From an uncultured Pirellulaceae bacterium (GTDB lineage Bacteria > Planctomycetota > Planctomycetia > Pirellulales > Pirellulaceae): a stretch of DNA of 64,000 nucleotides. Made by a program: the position numbers and the translations under genes. The notes under the pieces are model-generated. The model was not told the origin of the DNA and searched no databases. It saw only the letters and a list, made by a program, of their open reading frames with translations. The DNA lies in the NCBI GenBank assembly GCA_964397295.1, contig CAYNJG010000004.1:8302-72301 (forward strand), written 5' to 3'. This document shows positions 11,401 through 19,711 of this stretch, piece after piece. Position 1 is the stretch's first letter; every line of letters starts with the position of its first letter.

Positions 11401-12059
11401 TTCTCGGTAAGAGCCAAGGTCGCTGGTCGCGGTTCCTATTGGGTTTTCGCGGTTGGTTCCGAGCGTGGCAAGTTCGCGACGAAACGCTGCGGGTCGCTAA
11501 GTATTTGAAGAAGAAATGGTTCTCCAGCGAATCCCGTGAAGAACGCGAGATTGCGAATGCGGCGTTGGAGCTTCACCGGGACGAGTTTCGAAACCTACGA
11601 CTAGATAAGCGAGAAGACAACGAAGAGATTTCGATTCCACACGCAACACGCCAGTCAATTTTGCATTCAATTTTGAAGAACGGCATCCGTATGGACGCGC
11701 TTGAGTCCGTCAATCGCATCATCATGGAAGACGAATGGCGCGAGATCTGCCGTCGTGAGGCCGACCACATTCAAGACCGACTCGAGTTGGCAGACGCGAA
11801 GGCGCAGAATCAGGCAAAATACCTTGTGGTGGACGAAGGCAAAGTGATCGGCGGCAAGGAGTCGCATCCGACAAACCAGTTCGTCGATAGGTGGGAAGCC
11901 GAACGGCCAAAGCCGACTCCCATAACCCAGAAGTCGGCACCTGTGCAGGGTCCGCATTCGAAGGCTGCAGATCAACGCGGCCTAGACGTTGCGCGGAAGT
12001 CTAAAGAAGTATTGAGTGAAGAGGATTCGCCTTCTTCGCTGGGCCGTGAGCGCGAGTGA
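8481..12059 (+). CDS. Large (1192 aa) hypothetical protein with an N-terminal glycine-rich repeat region
   Basis: Long uninterrupted ORF. Residues ~133-245 are G-rich (GGNGGHGGHGGFGEDGARGRD..GGNGYGGGDGGLGTHGG..GGQGGAPGTHGRGGEGGPGGRGGPG). No Walker A or other catalytic motif found by eye. Confidence 0.7.
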   Translation: MSLWEFLGLGSKRRARPRVRRRFQVRYIPRDDRNYNDPWTSDVSADHGAHAEHGNPDFRNSGRGAGPGMAGGDATPASPAQEAGEQRLRFTSHPTEPNKFNVTGKRKPADTEQEHVNIPELDSHTGRYFTMKANGGNGGHGGHGGFGEDGARGRDAWSTGARGGNGYGGGDGGLGTHGGAASDGGINIAEYDKDDTYLAGLVKGEAEGGQGGAPGTHGRGGEGGPGGRGGPGRSPQYSTRRNRDGTTTRVLVRSGVPPGSPGFSGSDGHTPTTPLHPGRDGDNGFTRHIVYDGNEEIARYRTTWELILDGFVIREGSDKGRRLSIKEHNSIFEPTEELETDHFDVHNRGEMPMSHNYPTVVHLEANDRVEPLVVEDFGKSVVHTALLHDPLKEDVPHTISGQVLPFRLLDIDFIPEDEPLDMPFVVRPRAIQTGIDRLHTSFDNPRHERMRFPCDSNKPSSMEAMEPGQMALFELQVNNRGELDVGRETDGNRDLETLIHLVTSEMSDHIMILDESGKELTANELRHNITELNAGTDTTLSVYIGVLPTATPYSGFNIQSDLELGRLYKPTERRTVLRRNYHARVAQKYRYIPDADVLLITNRDTDVTEKNAIEATAKLMGRNVNIWDISLNNELSFSQDNEHGANLLRDFHGQTIVMTNNAFETINGSRHADQFLSQMDLIRAGESHDIGLVVLNPKGHNIDSMFTLRLYPTEEQEIEYEFDSVKEFSAGTNSEWMDAEMLNDVGEMVEYHADRAKLDPTRMTSLIRIHGRFKPDKEKLVKIARKVQLSVEQANPGRRVMAKVKVNDYGERTWKNWFRKKELGTITIMPTVGDAKPNTIVLDVDEEKIHDPEFLKGKAFRTALAQGMSFDKLMEKLVERIKLLQEDSSLLDDDGRDREGELLVDTLLAKIAIRQASMQKAWMRGKISPEQLRKGMQNLQTLRDDLADIIPTFFISDDKGVTNLLARLVAGLQFLGKSQGRWSRFLLGFRGWFRAWQVRDETLRVAKYLKKKWFSSESREEREIANAALELHRDEFRNLRLDKREDNEEISIPHATRQSILHSILKNGIRMDALESVNRIIMEDEWREICRREADHIQDRLELADAKAQNQAKYLVVDEGKVIGGKESHPTNQFVDRWEAERPKPTPITQKSAPVQGPHSKAADQRGLDVARKSKEVLSEEDSPSSLGRERE

Positions 12060-12127
12060 CTCCACGGCTATTGACCAAATCGAAAGCTGTGTTTGCCTCA
12101 GCGATTGTCGAAGTGAGCCGTTCTTCT

Positions 12128-12212
12128 AAAACACAGAGGCACGGAGATCACAGAGTTTGAGAAGGCCGAATGAGAGCCTTCTCTGTGTCCTCCGCGCCTC
12201 TGTGTTTCAAAA
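12128..12212. repeat. Palindromic REP/MITE-like element, full copy
   Basis: The arm AAAACACAGAGGCACGGAGATCACAGAG is inverted as CTCTGTGTCCTCCGCGCCTCTGTGTTTCAAAA around a ~25-nt loop. It lies directly 3' of the GxxExxY pseudogene stop. Related copies are at 12638-12670 and 48384-48461. Confidence 0.8.
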
Positions 12213-12218
12213 CCACCC

Positions 12219-12596
12219 TCAATATCCGTTAACAATCCGGCTAACCCCGTCAACAAGCTTCTCTTCGTGAAAGTTAATCAACAACCCAAATCGCAAGTTC
12301 AATAAACGAAGGTGGGAAAGCACTTGCGCTTTATCAACGGGATGGATGGCAGTCTTAGCCTTTAGTTCGACTACGACTGTTTTGTTGACTATCAAGTCTG
12401 CCCGGAATCCACATTCGAGTTTAACGTCGTCCTAAACGACAGGCACTGGTTGCTCCTCTACAACTTCGAGTCCTCGATTCCGTAGCTCATATGCTAGGCA
12501 TGCTCGATAAGCTGACTCCAGCAATCCTGGTCCAAGACGTCGGTGAACTTCAATCGCAGCGCCGATAATCGCATGAGTTAAATCGTTGTTGTCCAT
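12219..12596 (-). pseudogene. GxxExxY protein (PD-(D/E)xK-like family) interrupted by an in-frame TAG
   Basis: Hand translation of the minus strand gives MDNNDLTHAIIGAAIEVHRRLGPGLLESAYRACLAYELRNRGLEVVEEQPVPVV*DDVKLECGFRADLIVNKTVVVELKAKTAIHPVDKAQVLSHLRLLNLRFGLLINFHEEKLVDGVSRIVNGY. The GxxExxY motif is present (GLLESAY). The stop codon is at 12432-12434, where family members usually have Tyr. Confidence 0.8.
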
Positions 12597-12637
12597 TCGT
12601 GGATTTTACAAGCTAAACGACAACGTTGAATACGTCA

Positions 12638-12670
12638 TTTTTGAAACACAGAGGCACGGAGATCACAGAG
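12638..12670. repeat. Half copy (one arm) of the same REP/MITE-like element
   Basis: TTTTTGAAACACAGAGGCACGGAGATCACAGAG is near-identical to the left arm at 12128-12155. No matching right arm follows. Confidence 0.7.
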
Positions 12671-12954
12671 TGAACCATTCGGTCGGCAATAAAACGAAGA
12701 GACGTCGTTTCCTGAGAAAGACTGTAATGGAGTGGCTCGAACCCAACGGTTTCTTGCGGGACCGATTTGGTGCCCTGACTACCCATTCGCCATCCGTTCG
12801 GTACGATCCTTTCGTGGCTTCATCTAGCTTATTGACCGGGCTAATCGAATTCGTCTAGAGTTTGGAAAAGCGAGCAATCGCCATATGCTTTTCTTAAAGA
12901 GACAATCAATCACAGAGTTGCGAAATCGTTGTCGCTTCTCGCAAGGCAGATTAA

Positions 12955-13377
12955 GTGAGGTTCACCATTTTCAATCCCTCCCTAAGAACTCTGCTTACGA
13001 TTGGCTGCCTCGCCCTTGTGCCAACGGGCTGTGGAAAGAACGACGGTCAATTTGAAATTCATGGTCAGGTGAGCTTCGAGAGCCAACCGATTGCCGACGG
13101 TAAATTACTGTTCATGCCGATGGACGAAAGCCAACCACAGGCGATCGCTAAAATCGTCGATGGTGAATACACGACAGCTTCTCCGGGCGGTGTATTCGCG
13201 GGCAAATACAAAGTGCAGGTCTTTGGATACCGGAAAACGGGGAAGGTGCAAGACTTGGGGCCGTTACACGGGGAGGAGGAACAGCAGGAACAATACATTC
13301 CAGCCAGATTCAACCGTGAAACCGAAATCACGGTTGAAATCTCAGCAGCAGAAACGATCTACAACATTGAATTGTAG
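12955..13377 (+). CDS. Small lipoprotein, carboxypeptidase-regulatory-like domain
   Basis: 140 aa with a lipobox (LVPTGCG). Beta-rich body (GQVSFESQPIADGKLLFMP..GKYKVQVFG) of the kind usually adjacent to DUF1559 genes. Confidence 0.6.
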   Translation: MRFTIFNPSLRTLLTIGCLALVPTGCGKNDGQFEIHGQVSFESQPIADGKLLFMPMDESQPQAIAKIVDGEYTTASPGGVFAGKYKVQVFGYRKTGKVQDLGPLHGEEEQQEQYIPARFNRETEITVEISAAETIYNIEL

Positions 13378-13496
13378 AATTGTTGCCAGGAGATACAGGC
13401 AATCAGAATATCTTTCAGTTGGATGATTCTCGATTTGAATACAGCTTGAAAGCCTCTAGACTTTTAGCTGGGGCCATGGCGAACTTGGAGCGATCG

Positions 13497-14456
13497 ATGA
13501 AGAATAACAGTAGGTCTGCGTTCACGTTGGTGGAGCTTCTCGTCGTGATCGCCATCATCGCTATGCTCGTTACTTTGCTGTTGCCTGCGGTTCAAGCGGC
13601 CCGTGAAGCTGCCAGGAGATCGCAATGCAGTAACAATTTGCGGCAGATCATTCTCGCAAGTATGAACTTTGAAAGCGCAAGAAACGCGTTGCCCGCAGGC
13701 ACGACTTCTACCGGAAACGATGTTCACCATACTTGGGCCACGTTCATATTGCCTTTCGCCGAAGAAGGGAATATCCACGATAGTATTGATTTCACGAGAC
13801 CATCGTGGCACTCATTCGTGTCGGGATCGCCAGCTCCCTGGACGTTCCACGACTATTCTCTCTACCGGTGCCCGTCACAAGGGACTGTGGTGCATACGGA
13901 AGTAGCCGGCAATTTTTCGCATGGCAATTACGTTGCGAACAGCGGCTTTCTCTACGCCATTCGGCAGATCACGACGATGGATCGACGTGACGACGAAAAT
14001 CCCAAGTCGCTTCGAGGTCCGTTCGAAAAGAGTTTTGATACGGATCCGATTGGTGTACCTCTTAAACGCATTTCCGATGGTCTTTCAAAAACCGCCATGT
14101 TTGCCGAAACAAAGTTGTTTGAGGGCAACGATGGCCGTGGCCTATTGTTCCTCAGCGCCGGCACCTTTTATCAGCATTGGTTCGTGCCTAATTCGGTCGG
14201 TGATGATCAAAACGAATTCTGCGACACAGGTAGTGAAATGTTTCCGTGCCGTACCGACGGTCGACCGACTCGCGTTGGCAGTTTGACATCAAGAAGTTTC
14301 CACCCTGGTATCACGCACGTAGGCAACGCCGACGGTAGTGTGGCTGGAATTGACAACTCTATTGATCGAAGAGCGTGGGCGGCGCTTGGTACTCGTGGCC
14401 AGAACGATATCGAAAGCTCGGGTTTGCCTGATCCTTTGCCGCCCGTGTTCGACTGA
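13497..14456 (+). CDS. DUF1559 domain protein with prepilin-type N-terminal cleavage/methylation domain
   Basis: AFTLVELLVVIAIIAMLVTLLLPAVQAAREAARRSQCSNNLRQI and a C-terminal HPGITHVGNADGSV motif. The ORF track starts at 13380; likely starts are 13497 (MKNNSRS) or 13476. Confidence 0.85.
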   Translation: MKNNSRSAFTLVELLVVIAIIAMLVTLLLPAVQAAREAARRSQCSNNLRQIILASMNFESARNALPAGTTSTGNDVHHTWATFILPFAEEGNIHDSIDFTRPSWHSFVSGSPAPWTFHDYSLYRCPSQGTVVHTEVAGNFSHGNYVANSGFLYAIRQITTMDRRDDENPKSLRGPFEKSFDTDPIGVPLKRISDGLSKTAMFAETKLFEGNDGRGLLFLSAGTFYQHWFVPNSVGDDQNEFCDTGSEMFPCRTDGRPTRVGSLTSRSFHPGITHVGNADGSVAGIDNSIDRRAWAALGTRGQNDIESSGLPDPLPPVFD

Positions 14457-14588
14457 ACGCTCGATTGTTTGCCTGCCTCACGCGCGAAAAAGCTGTAGGA
14501 CAATTCTTCGAGTTTGCTAGAAGAGTTGGGTTGACTCGGATGCTTGTGATGCATATCTTCTAGGTAACTCGAAGAAAAGGAGCCTCGC

Positions 14589-14981
14589 ATGGTTCGTCCA
14601 CAATCGTCGCATCCAACGGATCTTGAATTGCAGATCCTCAAGATTCTCTGGGAAGCATCGCCGCTTCCGGTGCGAGATATACGCAGTGCTCTTTCCGATC
14701 AGGGCCGCGATATCGCTCATACGTCGGTCATTACGACGCTGAACACGATGTTTGAAAAGGGCTATCTCAAGCGAAAAAAACAAGGGAACGCGTTTCTCTT
14801 TTCGCCCGCGGTTGCCCAAGACGATGTTTCGCAAGGCATGTTGGGTGATTTGGTCGAACGCGTTTTCGATGGTTCGGCGTCGGCTGTCATGCTGAGTTTG
14901 TTTGAGGCTTCGGACCTGGACGAAGATGAAGTTAAAGAGCTTCGTCGTCTTTTCAATCGCAAGCTAAAGGAGAAGAAGTAA
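14589..14981 (+). CDS. BlaI/MecI/CopY family transcriptional repressor
   Basis: 130 aa with a winged-helix N-terminus (LELQILKILWE..PLPVRDI). Its stop overlaps the start of the downstream BlaR1-like gene (TAATG). Confidence 0.8.
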   Translation: MVRPQSSHPTDLELQILKILWEASPLPVRDIRSALSDQGRDIAHTSVITTLNTMFEKGYLKRKKQGNAFLFSPAVAQDDVSQGMLGDLVERVFDGSASAVMLSLFEASDLDEDEVKELRRLFNRKLKEKK

Positions 14982-17626
14982 TGATGTTTTCAAATAGCGA
15001 AATAAGTCTGCTTCATCCTGCGTTTTGTGTGCAACTGACCGTAACGCTGCTCCACTTTCTCTGGCAGGGCGCGTTGTTTTGCGGCTTGGCTTGGTTGCTT
15101 GCCCGAACAAGTCTTGATGCGAGAAGGCGATATGCTGTGCATCTTTCGGCTCTCGTGGCGATGTTAGTTTGTGTACTGCTAACGTTTCTGACGCTCGGTA
15201 AAGAAGCTGCGAAAGCTACACCAGCTCCAGTTGCTGTTGAGGCAACGTTGCCAGCTCGAAATGCCGAATCCAATTTGGCGGTGAAATTCGAAGTAACTAG
15301 GACGACGGTCCGAAAACCAATGGGCATCGCTGATTTTCAGCCCGCAACGAATCCACCGCTCGCGGAAGAAACCGCGAGTGCTTGGACGTTGGCTGATTTC
15401 TCTCCGCTAGTCGCGGTTTTGTACGGTTTGGGCGTCGTTTCACTGTTTGGAAGATTGTTGTTTTCGGTTTGCTCCGCACAACGTCTTCGCTGGCGGGCCA
15501 CATCAGTTACCGACTCACACTTGATTGCGTCGTTGCAGAAAACGGCGAAGCGAATGGGACTTCGGCTTGCTCCAAAGCTGGCAACTTGCACGCGTCTAAC
15601 GGCGCCGGTCGTTGTGGGCATGTTGCGTCCCACGATCTTGGTGCCCGCTTCGCTACTGAGTGGACTCACTATGGAAGAGGTGTCAGCGATCCTGACGCAC
15701 GAGATGGCTCACCTTCGTCGCAATGACTTGATCGTGAATTTGTTCCAGCGTATTGCCGAGTCGTTCTTGTTCTTTCATCCGTGTGTTTGGATCGTTAGTC
15801 GTCAGCTGAGCCATGAACGTGAACAGTGCTGTGATGATTTAGTATTGGACAGTGGCTGCGAGCGGATGAACTACGTTTCTGCTTTGTTACGCATGGCAGA
15901 GGTGTGTGTGCCAAGTCGGGCAGGGCGGCTAGAGAATGCAGTGGCGTTGTCCGCGTCCGGTGCGAGTCCGTCAGAGTTCAAGCGTCGCGTGCTGCGATTG
16001 TTGGGCGAGCCGTGTAGTACGCCGCGCCCAAGTTGGCTGCCGATCGTGTTTGCGTTTTGTATTTCTTTAGTTGGTATTTGTATCGGAACGGCTCAGGCAG
16101 AACGCGAAGCAGCCGAAGTCGCGTCGGTTGATGCGGTTCCGTCAGACCGTTGGCCGATGCTCGGCGGAAACGGACATAGAAATAACGTGGCTAAGGGCGA
16201 GAACATTCCCCTGAGTTGGGATGTAGAAGAAGCCGTCAATGTCGCGTGGTCGACCGAACTCGGAAATCTTTACTGTGGCATGGTGAACAGTATCGTTCCC
16301 GTTGTGGCGGATGGTCGAGTCTTCATCGGTTCGAGCAACCCCGACGGCGAATTACCCGACAACGCGTGTCTTGTGTGTCTTGAGCAATCGACCGGTAGGC
16401 GACTTTGGATTTACAAGAGCCCGCGGTTGGCTAACTTGCCCAATGGCCTTTTTGCGGGACACCTGGATTGGCCGTTGCAAGGGATGGGTTCAGTGCCATG
16501 TGTCAATGGTGATCGGTTGTACTTCGTTTCGAATCGATGCGAACTTGTTTGTTTAGATGTATCGAATGGAAAGCTGATTTGGAAGTTCGATATGATCAAA
16601 GAGTTCAAAGTGCAACCGCACAAGTTCACGGCCACTTCGCCGCTTGTGGTCGATGGCTTAGTACTAACCGGAACTTCCATTGGCCACCATACGAAGAAAG
16701 CTCCAAGCTTTGCCGCCTTCGACAAGCAATCCGGCAAGCTAATCTGGCAGGACGGAGTTGCGGAAGGCACGATATTGGATGGTCAGTGGGCATCACCGTC
16801 GTATGGCGTTTTCGACGGAGTTCCCCAAGCGATTTTCTCGGGCGGAGACGGTTGGCTCTACAGTTTCGACGTTCGCGACATCAAAAAGGGAAAGTCGACG
16901 CAGCTATGGAAATTCGACGCCAATCCGAAGGACTCCGAGTGGATACTCGGCGGACGTGGAACTCGCAATCAAATCATGGCAGCGCCGGTGATCTACGACG
17001 GTTTGGTCTATTTTGCAGTTGGCCAACAGGGAGAGCATGGAGAAGGCAATGGTCATCTGTGGTGCATCGATCCGAAACGTCGCGGTGATATTAGCGCCGA
17101 ATTGATTGCGAGTGACGACGATTCCAAGCTGGGGCTGTCAACAGAGAAACCAGTCAAAGCCCGGAACGAAGTGAACGTGAAACCGAATCCGAACTCCGGT
17201 GTCGTCTGGCACTACGACAAGTTTGACCTGGATGCGGATGGTGAGATTCAATTCGAGGAAGAAATGCATCGCGCGGTTGCGGCGCCGACTATTTCAGAAG
17301 GGCTCGTTTTCATCACTGATTTCTCGGGTTTGGTACACTGTGTGGATGCCCGTTCCGGCAAGCTCTACTGGACGCACGATCTTTTCGCCGCGTCCTATTC
17401 GACACCGCTCGTTGTCGATGGAAAAGTCTTCGTGACGGACGAAGACGGGGAAGTTGCGATCTTTAATCTCTCGAAAGAACTAGAACTTATCGACGAGATC
17501 GACATCAAAAACGCAAGTTACGGATCTGTCGTGTGTGTAGACAACACTTTGTTCGTTGCCAGTCGAAATCAGTTGACGGCGGTCAAGTCGGGGGGAAACG
17601 CGCAGGCCGATACATCCGGGAATTAG
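14981..17626 (+). CDS. BlaR1-type M56 peptidase sensor fused to a PQQ-like beta-propeller domain
   Basis: 881 aa. Multi-TM N-terminus with HEMAHLRRND (HExxH). The C-terminal ~480 aa carry repeated propeller-like blades (..DGRVFIGS.., ..GDRLYFVS.., ..DGLVYFAVG.., ..EGLVFITD.., ..DGKVFVTD..). Confidence 0.8.
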   Translation: MMFSNSEISLLHPAFCVQLTVTLLHFLWQGALFCGLAWLLARTSLDARRRYAVHLSALVAMLVCVLLTFLTLGKEAAKATPAPVAVEATLPARNAESNLAVKFEVTRTTVRKPMGIADFQPATNPPLAEETASAWTLADFSPLVAVLYGLGVVSLFGRLLFSVCSAQRLRWRATSVTDSHLIASLQKTAKRMGLRLAPKLATCTRLTAPVVVGMLRPTILVPASLLSGLTMEEVSAILTHEMAHLRRNDLIVNLFQRIAESFLFFHPCVWIVSRQLSHEREQCCDDLVLDSGCERMNYVSALLRMAEVCVPSRAGRLENAVALSASGASPSEFKRRVLRLLGEPCSTPRPSWLPIVFAFCISLVGICIGTAQAEREAAEVASVDAVPSDRWPMLGGNGHRNNVAKGENIPLSWDVEEAVNVAWSTELGNLYCGMVNSIVPVVADGRVFIGSSNPDGELPDNACLVCLEQSTGRRLWIYKSPRLANLPNGLFAGHLDWPLQGMGSVPCVNGDRLYFVSNRCELVCLDVSNGKLIWKFDMIKEFKVQPHKFTATSPLVVDGLVLTGTSIGHHTKKAPSFAAFDKQSGKLIWQDGVAEGTILDGQWASPSYGVFDGVPQAIFSGGDGWLYSFDVRDIKKGKSTQLWKFDANPKDSEWILGGRGTRNQIMAAPVIYDGLVYFAVGQQGEHGEGNGHLWCIDPKRRGDISAELIASDDDSKLGLSTEKPVKARNEVNVKPNPNSGVVWHYDKFDLDADGEIQFEEEMHRAVAAPTISEGLVFITDFSGLVHCVDARSGKLYWTHDLFAASYSTPLVVDGKVFVTDEDGEVAIFNLSKELELIDEIDIKNASYGSVVCVDNTLFVASRNQLTAVKSGGNAQADTSGN

Positions 17627-17685
17627 AGGCCCGGATAAAGCTGCTGGAGCATCAGAAAAGGCTCGAGTAACGCTACACTGCGTGG

Positions 17686-18729
17686 ATGAAATACGATCCG
17701 CAACTAACGTGGCGTCAGAATCTCGATCTGGCACCTAAGGCTCCTAACGAATTCGCTTCCGCTCCGGCAGTGCCTGGTAGTTGGGCGTTTTGCGGATTGC
17801 AAATCGATTCACCACTTGGAATTCCAGCGGGCCCGTTGCTTGATGCTCGCTGGCTGCTTTACTACGCCAACTTGGGTTTCGATTGGTTGGTCTATAAGAC
17901 TGTTCGATCGGGCGAGCGCGAATGTTACGACTTGCCTAACTTAGTGCCAGTCGAGGTCGACGCGATCTTGGAAGCTGGTAGTGTTGTCGCAGAGCAGCAG
18001 GAGATGCAGCAGACTTGGGCGGTGTCGTTTGGCATGCCTTCGCAATCGCCTGACCTTTGGCGACGCGATGTTGAATTTGCGAGAGAGCGTTTGCCCAAGA
18101 ACAAGGTGCTGGTGGTGTCCGTTGTCGGTACGCAAGATCCAACGCTAACGGACTCGGCCGCGTCACTCGAACAATTGGCCGACGACTTTGCGCTTTGTGC
18201 TCGGTGGGCTGTCGAGAGTGGCGCGGATGCTGTCGAAGCGAATTTTTCTTGCCCCAACGTGTCTACTGCAGATGGGCAACTCTATCAGCAACCCGCGGCG
18301 GCCGGATTCGTAGCAGAGCGAATTCGCGAGGCGATTGGTCAAAAGCCGCTGGTGTTGAAGATTGGTTCCGTGCGAGACAACGACTTAGGCCGCCAACTTC
18401 TTGACCAAGTCGGTTCACTCGTGGACGGGTTGGCGATGACAAACTCCATCATTGCTCGAGTGCAGAAGAGCACAGGTGATTTTCTCTTTGATGGTCAACC
18501 TCGCGGAATCTGCGGCGATGCCATTCGCGAGCGGAGTATCGAACAGGTTGCGATGTTTCAGCGTCTAATAATCGAGCAGGGTTGCGAGCTGGACCTGATC
18601 GGTGTGGGTGGGATCTCAAACCGCCAGCATGTGCGAGATTATCTGTCTGCGGGTGCCGCTGCTGTGGGGATAGCGACGGCAGCGATGGTAGATCCGAGCG
18701 TTGGCTTCGAGATTCGCCGAGACTGGTAA
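17686..18729 (+). CDS. Dihydroorotate dehydrogenase-like (class 1 DHOD/DHPD family) TIM-barrel protein
   Basis: 347 aa with ..VEANFSCPNV.. and ..LIGVGGI.. motifs typical of the DHOD family. Substrate assignment is uncertain. Confidence 0.6.
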   Translation: MKYDPQLTWRQNLDLAPKAPNEFASAPAVPGSWAFCGLQIDSPLGIPAGPLLDARWLLYYANLGFDWLVYKTVRSGERECYDLPNLVPVEVDAILEAGSVVAEQQEMQQTWAVSFGMPSQSPDLWRRDVEFARERLPKNKVLVVSVVGTQDPTLTDSAASLEQLADDFALCARWAVESGADAVEANFSCPNVSTADGQLYQQPAAAGFVAERIREAIGQKPLVLKIGSVRDNDLGRQLLDQVGSLVDGLAMTNSIIARVQKSTGDFLFDGQPRGICGDAIRERSIEQVAMFQRLIIEQGCELDLIGVGGISNRQHVRDYLSAGAAAVGIATAAMVDPSVGFEIRRDW

Positions 18730-18981
18730 AACAAGTACTACTTGACCAGTCTTCATCTTTGACGGCGCAGACTTTTGTCATCTAGATGTACATCGTTTGG
18801 TCGATGCTCGGTCCGATTGCGATGGCGTGGTCGCGCCGTCGAAGTTCGCATGAGCACTTCTGAGGCACTGAGCACTTTTGCAATATGGACCTTCTTTGGG
18901 TTAGGCTTTGTGCTTGACGAAGTGGTAAACCGCAAGGTACTCGGTTTGGCTTCGTAGAAATCATACAGGAAGCCGAATCCA

Positions 18982-19692
18982 ATGCAGCCAATGTTCACAG
19001 CACTTATTGCTTTCATCTTGACTTCCGCTTTGCACGCCCAAGAAACGGAAAAACGGTTTTTCGATCCTGTTGAAAAGGATGTTGAAGGCTGGACCGTTGC
19101 GGTCGACCCGCAGTTGCTAAGCGATGAGCATCGTGAATTCGGTGAGCGCGTGATGAAGGCACTCGCCAATCATTTGCAACGCGTTACATACATCGTGCCA
19201 GAAGAACGCGTGGCGGAACTCAAGAAGCTGCGAATTTGGCTTGAGCTCGAACACCCCAAGCTCACGTCCATGCAATATCATCCGGGCCGTGGGTGGTTGC
19301 TGAGTAACAAGCACGATCCGCGGTTAGTGAAACACGTTCACATTCCGCAGGCCAAGGCGTTGCTCGATCCTGGTATGTGGGCCAAGCATCCGTATGTTGT
19401 GTTGCACGAGTTGGCTCACTCGTATCACGATCAAGTGCTGAGTTTCGACGAGCCACGTGTGATCGAAGCGTTTGACGCCGCGAAGAAAAGCGGAAAGTAC
19501 GAAGAGGTGTTGCTCTACACAGGCAAGAAAGTTCAGCATTACGGCATGAGCAATCACAAAGAGTATTTTGCGGAGGCCACGGAAGCTTACTTCGGCGTGA
19601 ACGATTTCTATCCCTTTGTGCGAGCCGAATTGAAAGAGCACGATCCGCAAATGTTTGGGTTGCTGGAAAAGATCTGGGGCAAGATCCGCTAA
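18982..19692 (+). CDS. Secreted putative zinc metallopeptidase (HExxH ... E)
   Basis: 236 aa with a signal peptide, VVLHELAHSYHD (HExxH) and a downstream EYFAEATEAYF segment (gluzincin-like third ligand). Confidence 0.5.
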   Translation: MQPMFTALIAFILTSALHAQETEKRFFDPVEKDVEGWTVAVDPQLLSDEHREFGERVMKALANHLQRVTYIVPEERVAELKKLRIWLELEHPKLTSMQYHPGRGWLLSNKHDPRLVKHVHIPQAKALLDPGMWAKHPYVVLHELAHSYHDQVLSFDEPRVIEAFDAAKKSGKYEEVLLYTGKKVQHYGMSNHKEYFAEATEAYFGVNDFYPFVRAELKEHDPQMFGLLEKIWGKIR

Positions 19693-19711
19693 GCGGTTCG
19701 CAAATCCGTGG

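Noticed and set aside
12734-12744. GGGTTCGAGCC (minus strand), resembling a tRNA T-loop
   Set aside because: The flanking sequence cannot be folded into T-stem, acceptor or anticodon arms.
12586-12858. 90-aa plus-strand ORF
   Set aside because: It starts inside the GxxExxY pseudogene start region and reads through the half REP element (FETQRHGDHRV). No family resemblance.
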